From Octopus vulgaris (lineage: Eukaryota), in the NCBI GenBank assembly GCA_951406725.2, contig OX597825.1, positions 44,888,001-44,952,000 of the forward strand: 64,000 nucleotides of DNA. The letters run 5' to 3'. Below the pieces are notes generated by a model. It did not search any database, was not told where the DNA came from, and was given only the letters and a program-made list of their open reading frames with translations. Of this stretch, positions 12,550 through 23,749 are shown piece by piece (position 1 is the stretch's first letter; every line of letters starts with the position of its first letter). The position numbers and the translations under genes were made by a program.

Positions 12550-13554
12550 TAGTAGTGGTGACAGTCATGCTTCACCACTACTACATGCTGGATGGGCCTA
12601 TGTGATAGAGACCCAACGTGGCTATAGTGGCACAATAAGGTCTATGACGAATTATCAAGGAAACTTGATAAACGAAACCGAAGAGATGTGTAAGGTCTTT
12701 CAGGAGCATTTCGCCTTGCTTTTTGAGAGAGGGCGGTGAACCTGAGTGTAGAAGTGACCTCACAGACTTCCTCACCGGTGTGACGCGTCTCTCGAGGAGC
12801 GAGGCAGATCACAGCTATGGAGGTGCAGGAGGCGTTATCGGACTGATTCAAGGACAAGTCACCGGGACTAGATGGTCTCCCCTACTTGTTACAGCATGCT
12901 AGACATGTTTGGGCAGCTTCTGACATACGTCTTCACCAACTGTGACCCGGGGAGTGGTGACGCTGCTTAAAAAGGACCCAAACAAGGGGGATATTATAGA
13001 TAATTTCCGGCCCATCACACTGCTTAACACAGAGTTGAATATTTTGGCTAAGGTATTAGCAAAAAGGTTGGCGTATGTCGTGGGTGGACTCGTCGGAGAG
13101 GTACAAAGTTGTGCGTTCCTGGCAAATCCATACACGACAATCTCCATCTTATACACTACACCATAGAGAGGGTTAACGGGTTTCCTGGCAGGTGTTGTGC
13201 GCTGGTCCAGTTAGATCAGTCAAAAGTTTTTGACAGGGTTGACCACAGGTATCTGGTGTCAGGTTTCGCGGCGTTCGGGCTCGGCCTCGTCCTCTGCGGG
13301 TGGATAATTGCTTTATACAGCAACATCGAATCGATCGTTCAGGTGAACAGTATTTTTTCTCGAAGTCGTTCAACATCAAGTGTTCTGTTCGACAAGGGTG
13401 TCTCCTCCTCCCCTTTCTGTATGTGTTGATCCTGGAGCGTTTACTGCGAAAGTTGGGGGGCTTGAGGGGGGTCCCACGTGATCTAGGTTGTGGAAGGACG
13501 GTTACGGCGTTCGCGGATGACATCATCATCATCGTAGCCAAAGTGGAACACCTA
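12550..13554 (+). mobile_element. L1/Tx1-like LINE RT fragment
   Basis: KSPGLDGLP, VTLLKKDP..DNFRPITLLNTELNILAKVLAKRL, LDQSKVFDRVDHRYL, VRQGC and AFADD across broken frames. Confidence 0.88.
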
Positions 13555-13667
13555 CATTTACCGAATATATGATGAATAAACATTTCCATGTGCTTTGCCG
13601 AGGGGAGCAGATGTCTGTTTGTCTTCGTCAGGTATGTTGGTCGTTTATTTATGATGTGTTCAGAATC

Positions 13668-13732
13668 AGTTCTACTGATGAACATAGATGTATTTGATGC
13701 GTTAAGTGTGAAATCACAGTTGATATAGAACT
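13668..13732 (+). ncRNA. Type I hammerhead ribozyme, copy 1
   Basis: agttcta-CTGATGA-acat a gatgtat ttg atgcgtt aa gtgt-GAAA-TCA cagt TGA-TA-tagaact. 7-bp stem I, canonical core, predicted cleavage after 13725. Confidence 0.92.
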
Positions 13733-14149
13733 AAATTCATTTTTTAAATGTCTTGCTTCGAAAACTGCATTAGGGTACGATTAGTTAAATTTTGGTAGTA
13801 ATGACTTATGTCCCTCTTAGCGTGAGGCATTTATGTGTAATAATGCCCTCTATACAATATAAGTTAATATTTTCAAAAGAAAAAAATTATTTTCGAAGTT
13901 TTTCTCTTATGAGGTTTTTCACGCTAACTACCTGATGATTTCTTGTTAAGTTTCCTTATTAAGAAGTTATCTTTAATTGTTAAATTTATTCCGAAGAAAA
14001 ACTTTTCCTACCATCATGCAGTTCGAGAAAGCCCGCCATTTACCGAATATATGATGAATAAACATTTCCATGTGCTTTGCCGAGGGAAACAGATGTCTGT
14101 TTCACTTCGCCAAGTATGTTGGTCGTTTATTTATGATGTGTTCAGAATC

Positions 14150-14214
14150 AGTTCTACTGATGAACATAGATGTATTTGATGCGTTAAGTGTGAAATCACA
14201 GTTGATATAGAACT
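14150..14214 (+). ncRNA. Type I hammerhead ribozyme, copy 2
   Basis: Identical to copy 1; predicted cleavage after 14207. Confidence 0.92.
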
Positions 14215-14354
14215 AAATTCATTTTTTAAATGTCTTGCTTCGAAAACTGCATTTGGGTACGATTAGTTAAATTTTGGTAGTAATGACTTATGTCCCTCTT
14301 ATCGTGAGGCATTTATGTGTAATAATGCCCTCTATACAATATATATATATAGTT

Positions 14355-16540
14355 AATCCAAACACGAACAAAGAGAAAACACAACAATGCGAGGACGTGG
14401 AACAAGTCTAGTGTTATTGGACGCTCAGAAGAGGAAAGAAAGAAGGAGATTTTAACGTTTCGAGCGGAGCTCTTCGTGAGAAATACAGAAAAAAGGAAAT
14501 GTCCAAGGAAGGGAAGACGGAGAAAGAAAGTCGCCAATGATACACACGCAGTCACATATTGAAATGACCTGAACGGAATGGGTGAAGAAAAAGTTCTTTC
14601 AAAGACAGCAGAGTACAAGAGAAGGAGGTGTGTGTGGGTATGTGTGTGCGCGCAGGTCTGTGTGTGTGTGTGGTTGCGGCTGTTTATCTATGTGTGTGGT
14701 TGGGCTTAGTATACTTTAAAGTCATAGGAAGAATTTATAGTAAGAATTTTGGTTGGAGTGGCTGCTTGTTGTGTGTCTACCTACACATGTGCGTAGGAGA
14801 ATGGTCAGTAGAAGTATGTGTGTCTGCGTGTATGTATATGTAGTGTGTGCATTTTGTTTACAGTGTGTGTATGGGCGTATGCGTGGGGAAGTGTGTGTGT
14901 TGAGAAACTGTACTTTACTCTGTGTATGTGTGTGTGTACATGTATGTATAATTGGATGCGTGTATGTATGAGTGTGTGATGTGTGTGTATAGGAGGTATG
15001 TGTGGGTTCATTTGCGTGTGTGTGTATGTGTATGCGTGTGTATATACACGTGTGTGCGTGTGTACATTTGCGTGTATGTGTGTCTGTGTATTTTGTGTGT
15101 GTGCATGTGTATGTGAATGAGGGGTTATGTAGGAGGTATAGGTGTATTTTTTGCGCATGTATGCATGTGCGTGTGTGTGCGTGTAGCTGTGGGTGCGTGT
15201 ATGTGTGCGTGTGTATGTATGTGTCTATATGTTTATAAGTATGTGTGTGTGTGTTATGCATATATTGTGTGTAAGTATATGTATGTGTGTGTGAATTTGT
15301 GTAGGCGTGTGTTGTGGGGGGTTGTGTGTGGAGTTTGTGTAGGCGTATATGTGCGTATCTGTGTGTATGTGCGTGCGCATGCTTGTGTGCATGTACTTAC
15401 GTGCGTGTGTGCGTGTATGTGCGTGTGTGTTTGTGCCCATGTGTGTCTAATTGTGTGCATGTCTGTATGTGTATTGTGTGTGTTGGAGGTATATGTGCAA
15501 ACATGTGCTAGTGTGTGTGTGTATGTGTGTGATCTTGTATGTGTGTGCATGTGTGTATGTGCGTGTGTGTGTATGAACGTGGAGATGTGTGCATCTTGTT
15601 GCGTATATGCGCGTGTGCTTGAGCATGTATGTGTATGTGGTTGTGTGTACGTTTATGTGTGTCTATAAACGTATGTGTGTGGGTGCGTGGGGTTGTGTGG
15701 GATAGGTATCTGTGCATTTCTGTGCGTGTGCATGTGTGTGTGTACGTTTGTGCACGAGTGTGTGTATACGCGCATATGTGTGTGTGCGCGTGGGTGTATA
15801 TGGATGTGTGTGTATGTATGCGTGTGTGTATGTGTGTGTATATGTGCATGTATGTATGTTGTATGTTTGTGGTGTGTGTGGGAGGTATATGTACGTATGT
15901 GTGTGTATGTGTACGTGTATATAGAAATAAAAGCAATAAATTATAAAAACAATAAAATATAAAAATTAAGGTTGAAAGGAGATAAGGAAGTTAATGCAAT
16001 ATAAAAGGCGCAATTACAAGCAAAAATGAATATAGTTTGCTTTGTAGCAGGATGTGTAGAAGTTTAGTTAGAGGGTTATAGTTGTTCGTAGATTAAAGAT
16101 ACTATTGTTCCAGGTGGAGTGGTGAGTGTGTGGATCCATGGTGTAGAGTGAGGCCAAAGATGAAGATGTTAGAGGGGGAATGGTTGACCAAGCAGAAGTG
16201 ACGAGCGACGGGGGTGTTCGAAAGTAGACGAACATTCCTTAGATGTTCGATGAACCGTTCGGCCAGTCGGCGGTCCATCTGGCCTACATATAGTTTGCCA
16301 CAGAGGTTGCATTTAATACAGTATATGAGGCTAGAAGAGATAAGGAATTTGTTATGCGAAGAGTTTGCTGATTAGAACCAGTGAGAGTAGTGTTGGTGAT
16401 GAAGGGGAAAGTGTTGCAGCGGAATCTGGAGCACGGGAAGGATCCGGATGGGGCTGCGGGGCAAAGGAAAAGGTGCTACGGAGCAGAAGATCGCGTAGGT
16501 TCCGGGCGAGTTTAAAGGAGGACAAGGGTGGGTTGGGGAT
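14355..16540 (-). mobile_element. PLE 3' remnant: GIY-YIG fragment, GT-rich low-complexity tract, pLTR with decayed HHR (14451-14483)
   Basis: ~16200-16335 translates as LIYCIKCNLCGKLYVGQMDRRLAERFIEHLRN. The HHR-like ttt-CTCACGA-a gagc tcc gctc-GAAA-CG-TT-aaa lies downstream on the same strand. Confidence 0.75.
14628..15920. repeat. Degenerate (GT)n-rich low-complexity tract
   Basis: About 1.3 kb of scrambled GT/GC/AT dinucleotides; source of the spurious Cys/Val and His/Thr ORFs. Confidence 0.95.
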
Positions 16541-16544
16541 CAGT

Positions 16545-17775
16545 CCTCAGCCTCCTTTTATCCATCATAGTCCTCCAAGCAATAACAGAGGAAGTCAAGA
16601 CAGGCTACCCCTGTGAGCTCCTCTATGCTGATGACCTTCCTCTAATAGCTGAGTCACTAGCAAAACTAGAGATGAAGTTTTAAGTGTGGAAGCAAGATCT
16701 AGAATCGAAGGGCCTTAGAGTCAATCTAGTAAAAACTCAAGTCCCAGTAAGTAGGAAGGTGGACAAATCACAAACCTCTTCAAGTAGATGGCCCTGCACG
16801 ATCTGTAGATAGAAATTCTATAAAATGTACCCGATGTAAGCTACGGACACATAAAAGGTGCAGTAATATCAAACGAAGGTTAACCGAGAAGATAGTTTTT
16901 GTGAATGGCAGATGCTCAGGGGCAATAAACACTGAAGATGTACAGAAAACAGATTCTATCACATGCCAGGGGGAGAAACTAGAAGTTGTTGATAGCTTCT
17001 GCTATATAGGTAACCAAGTCTGCAGTGGGGTTGGATGCTCTGAGAACATAGCCACTAGACTAATGGGCAAAGTTCAGAAAGCTCCTACCTCTGCTGGTAA
17101 CAAAGGGCCTTTCACTCAGAGTGAAAGATAGACTGTATGATGCACGTGTACGAACAGCCATGCTACAATGCAGTGAAACATGGGCTATGAATGCTGAGGA
17201 CATCGGTAGGCTTGAAAGAAATGAAGTTAGTATGAACCGCTGGATGTGTAATGTCAGTGTGCATATACGACAGAGTGTAAGCGCCCTGAGAGAAATGTTG
17301 GGCATAAGAAACATCAGATGTGATGTGCAAGAGAGACGACTGTGCTGGTATGGTCATGTGCTGCGTATGGATGAGGGAACCCGTGGAAGAGGTAGACCCA
17401 GGAAGACATAGGATGAGGTAGTGAAGCACGACCTTCGAGCGTTGAGCCTTACAGAGGCAATGACAAGAGACCGAGACCTTTGGAGATATGCTGTGATTGA
17501 GAAGACCAGGCAAGTAAAGTGAAATCGCAGCCGTGGCCGATACCAGTCCATTTAAAACTACCCTTGAATCATCGGGCGATACGCTGTGCTTGAGAAGACT
17601 TGTTGAGTCAAGTGAAATCGAAATCGTAGCCAATGATCCGGCAAGTAAAGTCAGATTGCAGCTAGGGCCAATAACTAGCCCATTTAACCAGCATAACCAG
17701 TCCATTTAACAGTAGCTTTAAATCGTCGGGCGATACACTGTGCTTCAGAAGACCTGTTGAGTCAAGTAAAATTGA
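16545..17775 (+). mobile_element. RTE-like LINE 3' fragment with tandemly repeated tail
   Basis: ELLYADDL, LEVVDSFCYIG and RRLCWYGHVLRMDEGTRGRGRPRKT. The motif ctgtg(c/a)tt(g/c)agaagac recurs three times in 17490-17760. Confidence 0.85.
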
Positions 17776-17899
17776 AATTATGATGATGATTATGTGTGTG
17801 TGGGTGTGGGTGTGTGTGCGTGTGTGTGCGTGCGTGTGTGTGTATGTGTGAGTGTATTTTGTAAACGGAAACTGAAAGCAGCCCGTCGTATATATATAT

Positions 17900-19010
17900 A
17901 GGGAGAATTCACAAAACAAAACAAAAGACGAAGACAGGTAGTGTAGACAACAAACTGATGCATTAGTATAACGCTCGGGAAGTGAAAAAGGCTTTAACCT
18001 TTCGAGCCTACGCTCTTTCACAGAAAGGAACACAGAAAGAAACAAGGAGAGAAAATATAGAATGTGTATGGCTAGCGATCTATCATGGCGAAGGCCGGAC
18101 TGAAGGGGCACACAGGAGAGTGCGTGTGCGTGTATGTCTAGGTGTGTAAATGTGGGGTGTGGGTAGGCGGAGGGTGGGGGTAAGTGTGGGGTGTGTGGGT
18201 GTAAGGGGTAGGGTAGCGAGGGATAAGGAAGGATAGGGAAGGTAGGGTTGGAATGTGTAGGGGTGGGGTGGGCTTAAGAGGGAGGGATGACGATGAAGGG
18301 ATGAAGGAGAAGGTGGGTAGGAGTGAAGAGAAAGAAGTAGGAGTTGGCGTAAGAGAGGAGAGGTGGGTGGGAGGATGTAGATGTGAGAGGGAGAGAGGCG
18401 AGAGGAGGAGGTTAGATGAGGAGGGGAGGAGAGTTGAACCCATGTGGGGCAAAGGAGAGAAGAGAGAAGATTCATCACTGTTCACGGCGCAAGCGGGAGT
18501 CCTGATGGCCCCTGTGGAAGGACAGTCCGAACACGGACAGGTGTTGCAAAGAGTTACCGGTAGAGCGGAAATGGCGCGAGACCGGGATGTCATTACCGAG
18601 TAGAATGTCTCGGAGTGTTCCGCGAACCGGTCAGCCAAGCGGCGTCCCGTTTGCCCGATGTATAGAGAATGGCAGAAAGAGCAGGAGATGCAGTAGATGA
18701 TATTGGTAGAAGTGTAGGGGAAGGAGTCGGTGATATGATAGGGTCGATGATGGGTGCCGGTGAGAAGGGTGGTGTTGGAGAGGTAAGGGCAAGTGCGGCA
18801 GCGTTGGCGGGAGCAGGGGAACGAGCCGGGTTGGGAGGTTGGGTTAGGGAAGAAGCTGTGGACCAAGAGGTCTCGTAGGTTGTGAACTCGTTTGGAGGGG
18901 AGGGGTCGGTTAGGGAAGATGTGCGAAGTGAAGGGGTCGGACTGGAGTCGCCGGAAGGCTTGGAGAATGATGCGTTGGAGGGGTAGGGTGGTAGGGTGGT
19001 AGGTGAGGGG
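17900..19010 (-). mobile_element. PLE 3' remnant (GIY-YIG endonuclease plus pLTR with decayed HHR-like motif at 17993-18026)
   Basis: ORF 18138-19097 gives CSRQRCRTCPY...NIIYCISCSFCHSLYIGQTGRRLADRFAEH. The pLTR resembles 14355-14600. Confidence 0.88.
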
Positions 19011-19072
19011 AAATATATATATATATGTATGTATGTATGTATATGGATCAAAACTGTTTGATTGAAATTCGT

Positions 19073-19113
19073 TGGTACTCTTGAGTTTCAAGCGCAATGT
19101 AAGTCGTCAGCCA
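19073..19113 (-). ncRNA. Hammerhead motif with degenerate stem II
   Basis: tgg-CTGACGA-cttacattgcgctt-GAAA-CTC AA GAG-TA-cca, between microsatellites. Confidence 0.6.
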
Positions 19114-19177
19114 TTTTGAATTTGAATTTCGTTTGTCCACTCATATATATATATATGTGTGTGTGTGTGTGTATATA

Positions 19178-19235
<58 letters not shown>

Positions 19236-19269
19236 AACACACATATACATATATTTATTGTGGGTTTTT

Positions 19270-19815
19270 TTAATACTTTTATTGTTAAAAATTAAGATAA
19301 ACAAAGTTCTTTTCAATCTAAAATATACTCTCCTTCATTTTCTACAATGCTCTTCTATCTATTTGGTAGATTTGTAAGGCTCCTCTTCCATAATTCATTT
19401 GTCCATGAGGAAAAATACTCCTCTGTTACAGTTTTGACCTCGTCTACAGAATTCATATTTTTTCCGTCCAAATGATTTTGAAGACTGCGAAATAAATGCT
19501 AATCAGGTGGAGTAATGTTCGGTGAATACGGTGGATGGGGCATCGTTTCCCATTCAAACTGCTCTTCACTGTATGTGGCCGAGTATTATCTTGATGGAAG
19601 AACACTTTTCGTCTTGAAACAAAAGATGGTCATTTTCCTTCTAACGATGACTTAAACCGCTCAAGCTGCTCACATTAGATCTCCTTTGTTATTGTATGGT
19701 TTGGATTTAAAAGTTCAAAGTGGACTAAACAGTTCGTATTCCACCAAACAGATAACAACAATTTATGCGGGGGAATACCTTCTTTAATCTGGAGTGCCAG
19801 TGTTTCTCATCCCCT
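19270..19815 (-). mobile_element. Mariner 3' fragment
   Basis: Manual translation gives EWETMPHPPYSPNITPPD*HLFRSLQNHL and VFFHQDN. Confidence 0.85.
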
Positions 19816-20648
19816 GTTAGAATGAATGTAAGAGGACATGCCAAAGAGGGAGAAAAGTTTACAAAGACATTTTTTGATAGTTGAAGCACTCATGTTGGAA
19901 CAAGGGAAGGCAAAGGGAAGCGAAAGTATTCATCAATGGCAATAAGAAGATACTTGTGGGAATTAGAAGGCAAAAGTCCTTTAAAATCAACACTGAGTCT
20001 CTCAAAAAGTTGTGTTGCTTTAATCAAATGAGTCAGAATGTTGGTAGAAAGAAAGTTCACGGCAGACGTTACAGTTTGCAGTCATTTGCTTCACTTATTC
20101 GATGGAGAAGGGTAAGTTTTTAGATTTTACAAAGTTAAACATTCTAGAGATTCTAGGATGACAAAGAGAGGAATGGATTTCTTTAAGTCTGTCAGAACTA
20201 CCCGAGATGGAAGCAGAACAGGAAGCGCGAGAAAGCGCATTAGCTACGAGATTTTCAGTTCCAAGCCTGTAGACTACATCGTAACTGTAGCAAGACAGTT
20301 CAATATGCCAGTGCTATATTTTGATATGCTTGATTTTGCTCGTCTGGGCATTGCCAAACACAAAAGTAACACTCTTTTGGTCTGTGATTAATTTGAAATG
20401 CTTGCCAAGAAAATAACGCTTCCACTTTCGAAGAGCTTCTACGATGAATGATTCCTTTCACTTGGACTAAGTGATCTTGAAAGAAGTCAATGGGTTTTCC
20501 ACATTGATTAAGAGTTGCTGTGATAGCTATGTCTGAGGCATCTGTCTTAACCACTAGGAGCTGAATCAGGTTAATAGTCATAACAACTACTTTTGCGATC
20601 TCTGCTTTCGTATACTCAAAGGCAGTAAAAAAATGTGGAAGACCCAAT
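19816..20648 (-). mobile_element. Gypsy RNase H / integrase-region fragment
   Basis: ORF 20300-20647 gives LVVKTDASDIAITATLNQCGKPIDFF. Confidence 0.8.
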
Positions 20649-20649
20649 T

Positions 20650-21660
20650 GCGGGATATGCGATTATCTAATTGAGGGATCAAAGTTCTCCTTCAAACAGG
20701 GACAACGGTTCACAGTGAAAAGCAGCTTCATATGTGCTTCGGAGAACCTGATATACACACTAACCTGCTCTGGGTGTCAAGAGCAATACATAGGCCAAAC
20801 AAAAAATAGTTTACATAAAAGAATGGCCCTGCACAGATCCCAGATAAAAATTCCCCAAAACAGAAAAATAGCATTCAGCCAACACATAGATATTTGCGCC
20901 AACAACAAAACTCCAAGTTTCAGGATTTTCCCCCTCTACCAATTCAGGGACGATACAACCTCGAGCCAACGAATAAGTAAAGGAACTCTCTTTATTACAA
21001 AATATAGGCCCCTTCTGAACGCATCTACGACAAACGATATATCCACCTCAGCTTTAGAATAACACAAATACACACGCAAATATTACTTTCCTAAGAATTC
21101 ATTAAAAATCAGCCCAATCACAGCTATAACACACAACATGCCAACTATAAGTCATCCAACATCCCACTACTTCCACGCATTCATATTCTCCCTTCTTCTT
21201 CTTCTTCTCACCCCTATTCTTCCTAACTTTATCACTAATGCTTTTTAGTATAACACCTAGCAAATTCTATAAACAAACCTTTCAATAGAAATATTTTCAT
21301 GAATTGAACTGCAGGAACTGCTAGCCACCACTAACCAACGACAATCAAGGCAATCCCAAATTCTTCCTCCCATCTCCCCCTCCCCCTCCTTCCCTACCAA
21401 GAATTCACATGGACCTTGAACCCACAAGAGTAACCAAGAGAGACAGAGAAAGGCAGAAACAAGGAAAATGCCACTTATATTTGAACACTATACAAATATT
21501 CTTTTAAAAAAACTTTTCTTTTAATTTTTCTAAATTTAATTATTTAATCGTTACAGTTGAAAAGGTCTCAAAATGACTGAAACCGGTACTGAAATGTTCT
21601 TTATAAAATTACTTTAGCATTTTAACTTGTTTTATCCATACACATACATATATCATCTTA
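20650..21660 (+). mobile_element. PLE 3' part: GIY-YIG endonuclease plus pLTR
   Basis: ORF 20715-21062 NLIYTLTCSGCQEQYIGQTKNSLHKRMALH, homologous to 36050-36451. HHR near the 3' end. Confidence 0.92.
21554..21591 (+). ncRNA. Minimal hammerhead, U3-A8 variant
   Basis: cag-TTGAAAA-ggtc tcaaaat gact-GAAA-CCGG-TA-ctg. Confidence 0.8.
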
Positions 21661-21664
21661 AATT

Positions 21665-22400
21665 AGAAGCCACAAATCTCGCAATTATAGCTACCCAGGG
21701 TTTTCTGCTCGAAATGATAATTCATTCCGCCATTTATCAAGCTGTCAGTTGTCTTTTGAGCAAATAATGTTTAACACTAAAAGGAATGAGTGAATCAATT
21801 GGCGTATTTTGAACAACCACATAATTGTTGTAGTTTTTCTTTGTTTTGGTTATTGTTACTTTCTGTTATTTCGGCCATTATGACGGTATCAAATGTTTTA
21901 ATCTTATCTTCCTGGTGTAAACTTTGTGTTTGTAGAAGGGAAATTTCCGTTTCTAGTCGGCATAGGGCTAGGTTTGCACGTAGTGTTGTTTGTTCTAGTG
22001 TTTCACCTCTTATTTCTTTGATAAGGAATTTTCTAGGGAGTATTGGGCTCTTCTTGTCCCGCCAGTTTTGGTATATGTTGGCTATGTTCTTACAGCGTAT
22101 GCTTTTCCAATAAGCATGTTTACGTTGGTTTAGAAGTTTGTTCCAGTCTTGGGGTTTTTAAGGTTTTTCTTGGTTCGTGTCAGTTTTTGTTCCTTCGCCA
22201 TTTGTTTTCCTTTGTGATGGGGTGGTCCCGCCAAAAGTTTTGTGTTGGCAGTTGTGTTTGCTTGATTATTTTTAGAGAGAAAAATAAATAAATAAACACC
22301 CTCTTCACTCCGCCAGCACATCTGTGACAAAAAGTGAACATGTTGTGGTTGAGTGTCTTTTCGAATTAAGAGGGGTATGTAAAAATTAGATTTTTTGCAC
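21665..22400 (-). pseudogene. PLE upstream (N-terminal) coding region, inverted relative to the adjacent PLE
   Basis: Manual translation WKSIRCKNIANIYQNWRDKKSPILPRKFLIKEIRGETLEQTTLRANLALCRLETEISLL aligns with the part of ORF 33062-33745 that follows the Gypsy junction. Confidence 0.75.
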
Positions 22401-22982
22401 ACACACACACACACACACACACGACAACAAAACATTAAAATTTTTTTTTTCTTTTCTGGTAATTCGTATTTAGGAAGTGGATCTTCGGTTTGGCAGTTGT
22501 TTCTAGCTTGCCGGACTTTCCGGCTGGAGCATACTTAAAAACTGAAGAATTTGAAAACCCACAAAACACGTTTTCAAAATTTTAATTTTCTCCCTCTCCA
22601 CTGCTTTGGCAAAGAAAAAAAAGGGGGTGGAGGAAATTAAAATTTTGAAAACGTGATTCGTCGTTTAGCTGCTATTTCTAGCATGTTGAGTTTTCTGTTT
22701 AGATACATTTTACATCTGCTATTTTAGTAGGAAGGGAGGGGAGTTTATTCTTTTTTGAAAAATTGAAATTTTACAAAATCTTTTTTTTTCAGATTCATAA
22801 TCTCTGTATTTTTCTACGTATTTCGCAAAAAAAAGATTTCTAAAAAAAGTGGAAAATTGGCGTGGGATGGGGGTGGAGGGATTAAAATTTTGAAATGCAA
22901 AATTTTTTTTTTTTTGGCAAATTCGGAATCTCCACACGAAAAAGTGGGTTTCTGTAGCAAAAACACACATAAAAAAACCTAG

Positions 22983-23395
22983 AGCAGGAGTGGCTGTGCG
23001 GTAAGTAGCTTGCTTACCAACCACATGTTTCCGGGTTCATTCCCACTGTGTGGCACCTTGGGCAGGTGTCTTCTACTATAGTCTCGGGCCGACCAAAGCC
23101 TTGTGAGTGGATTTGGTAGACGGAAACTAAAAGAAGCCCATCGTATATATATATATATATATACATGTGTGTGTGCACGTGTTTGTGTGTCTGTGTTTGT
23201 CCATCCCCAACATCGTTTGACAACCGACGGTGGTGTGTTTACGTCCCCGTAACTTAGCGGTTCGACAAAAGAGACCGATAGAATAAGTACTAGGCTAACA
23301 AAGAATAAGTCCTTGGGTCAATTTGCTCAACTAAAGGCAGTGCTCCAGCATGGCCGCAGTCAAATGACTGAAACAAGTAAAAGAGTAAAGAGAAA
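22983..23395 (+). mobile_element. Full-length tRNA-derived SINE with internal microsatellite
   Basis: Same head as 961; tail cagcatggccgcagtcaaatgactgaaacaagtaaaagag. Confidence 0.92.
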
Positions 23396-23439
23396 GTGGG
23401 TGCAGTCCATGTCATTTACCTCTGCCGTATATATGTGTG

Positions 23440-23486
<47 letters not shown>

Positions 23487-23749
23487 GTGTGTGTGTGTAT
23501 ATTAACTTAATACACAGCCGAAAGAGCTACTAATAATTTCATGCTTTAACTAGTCATATTTATAAGATATGCTGTGCATCCCCAAGCAATCTTTCAGACT
23601 CTGTTTATGCATTAAATATATTTTAAAAACAGAGATGCTGGATAATGATAGAATAAGAGAGAAAAAAGAAGAGAAGAAAAACGCAAAGTAGGTTAATGCA
23701 ATAATTGGAACGAGAAGAAAGAAAAGAAAGGAAGACAACTTAGATCCCC

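Larger units (their letters stand above)
13555..14342 (+). mobile_element. Retrozyme-like non-coding element: ~306-bp direct repeats (13555-13860, 14037-14342; period 482 nt), each with an HHR
   Basis: Near-identical direct repeats, AT-rich spacer, no credible ORF, ends at a short (TA)n. Confidence 0.8.

Noticed and set aside
14628-15962. Many overlapping Cys/Val-rich and His/Thr-rich ORFs
   Set aside because: Translation artefacts of degenerate (GT)n on both strands.
19270-20648. Mariner plus Gypsy on minus as the inverted missing half of the nest at 30631-33332
   Set aside because: Both mariners contain the YSP motif region and differ in sequence, so they are separate copies, and no matching LTR is visible.
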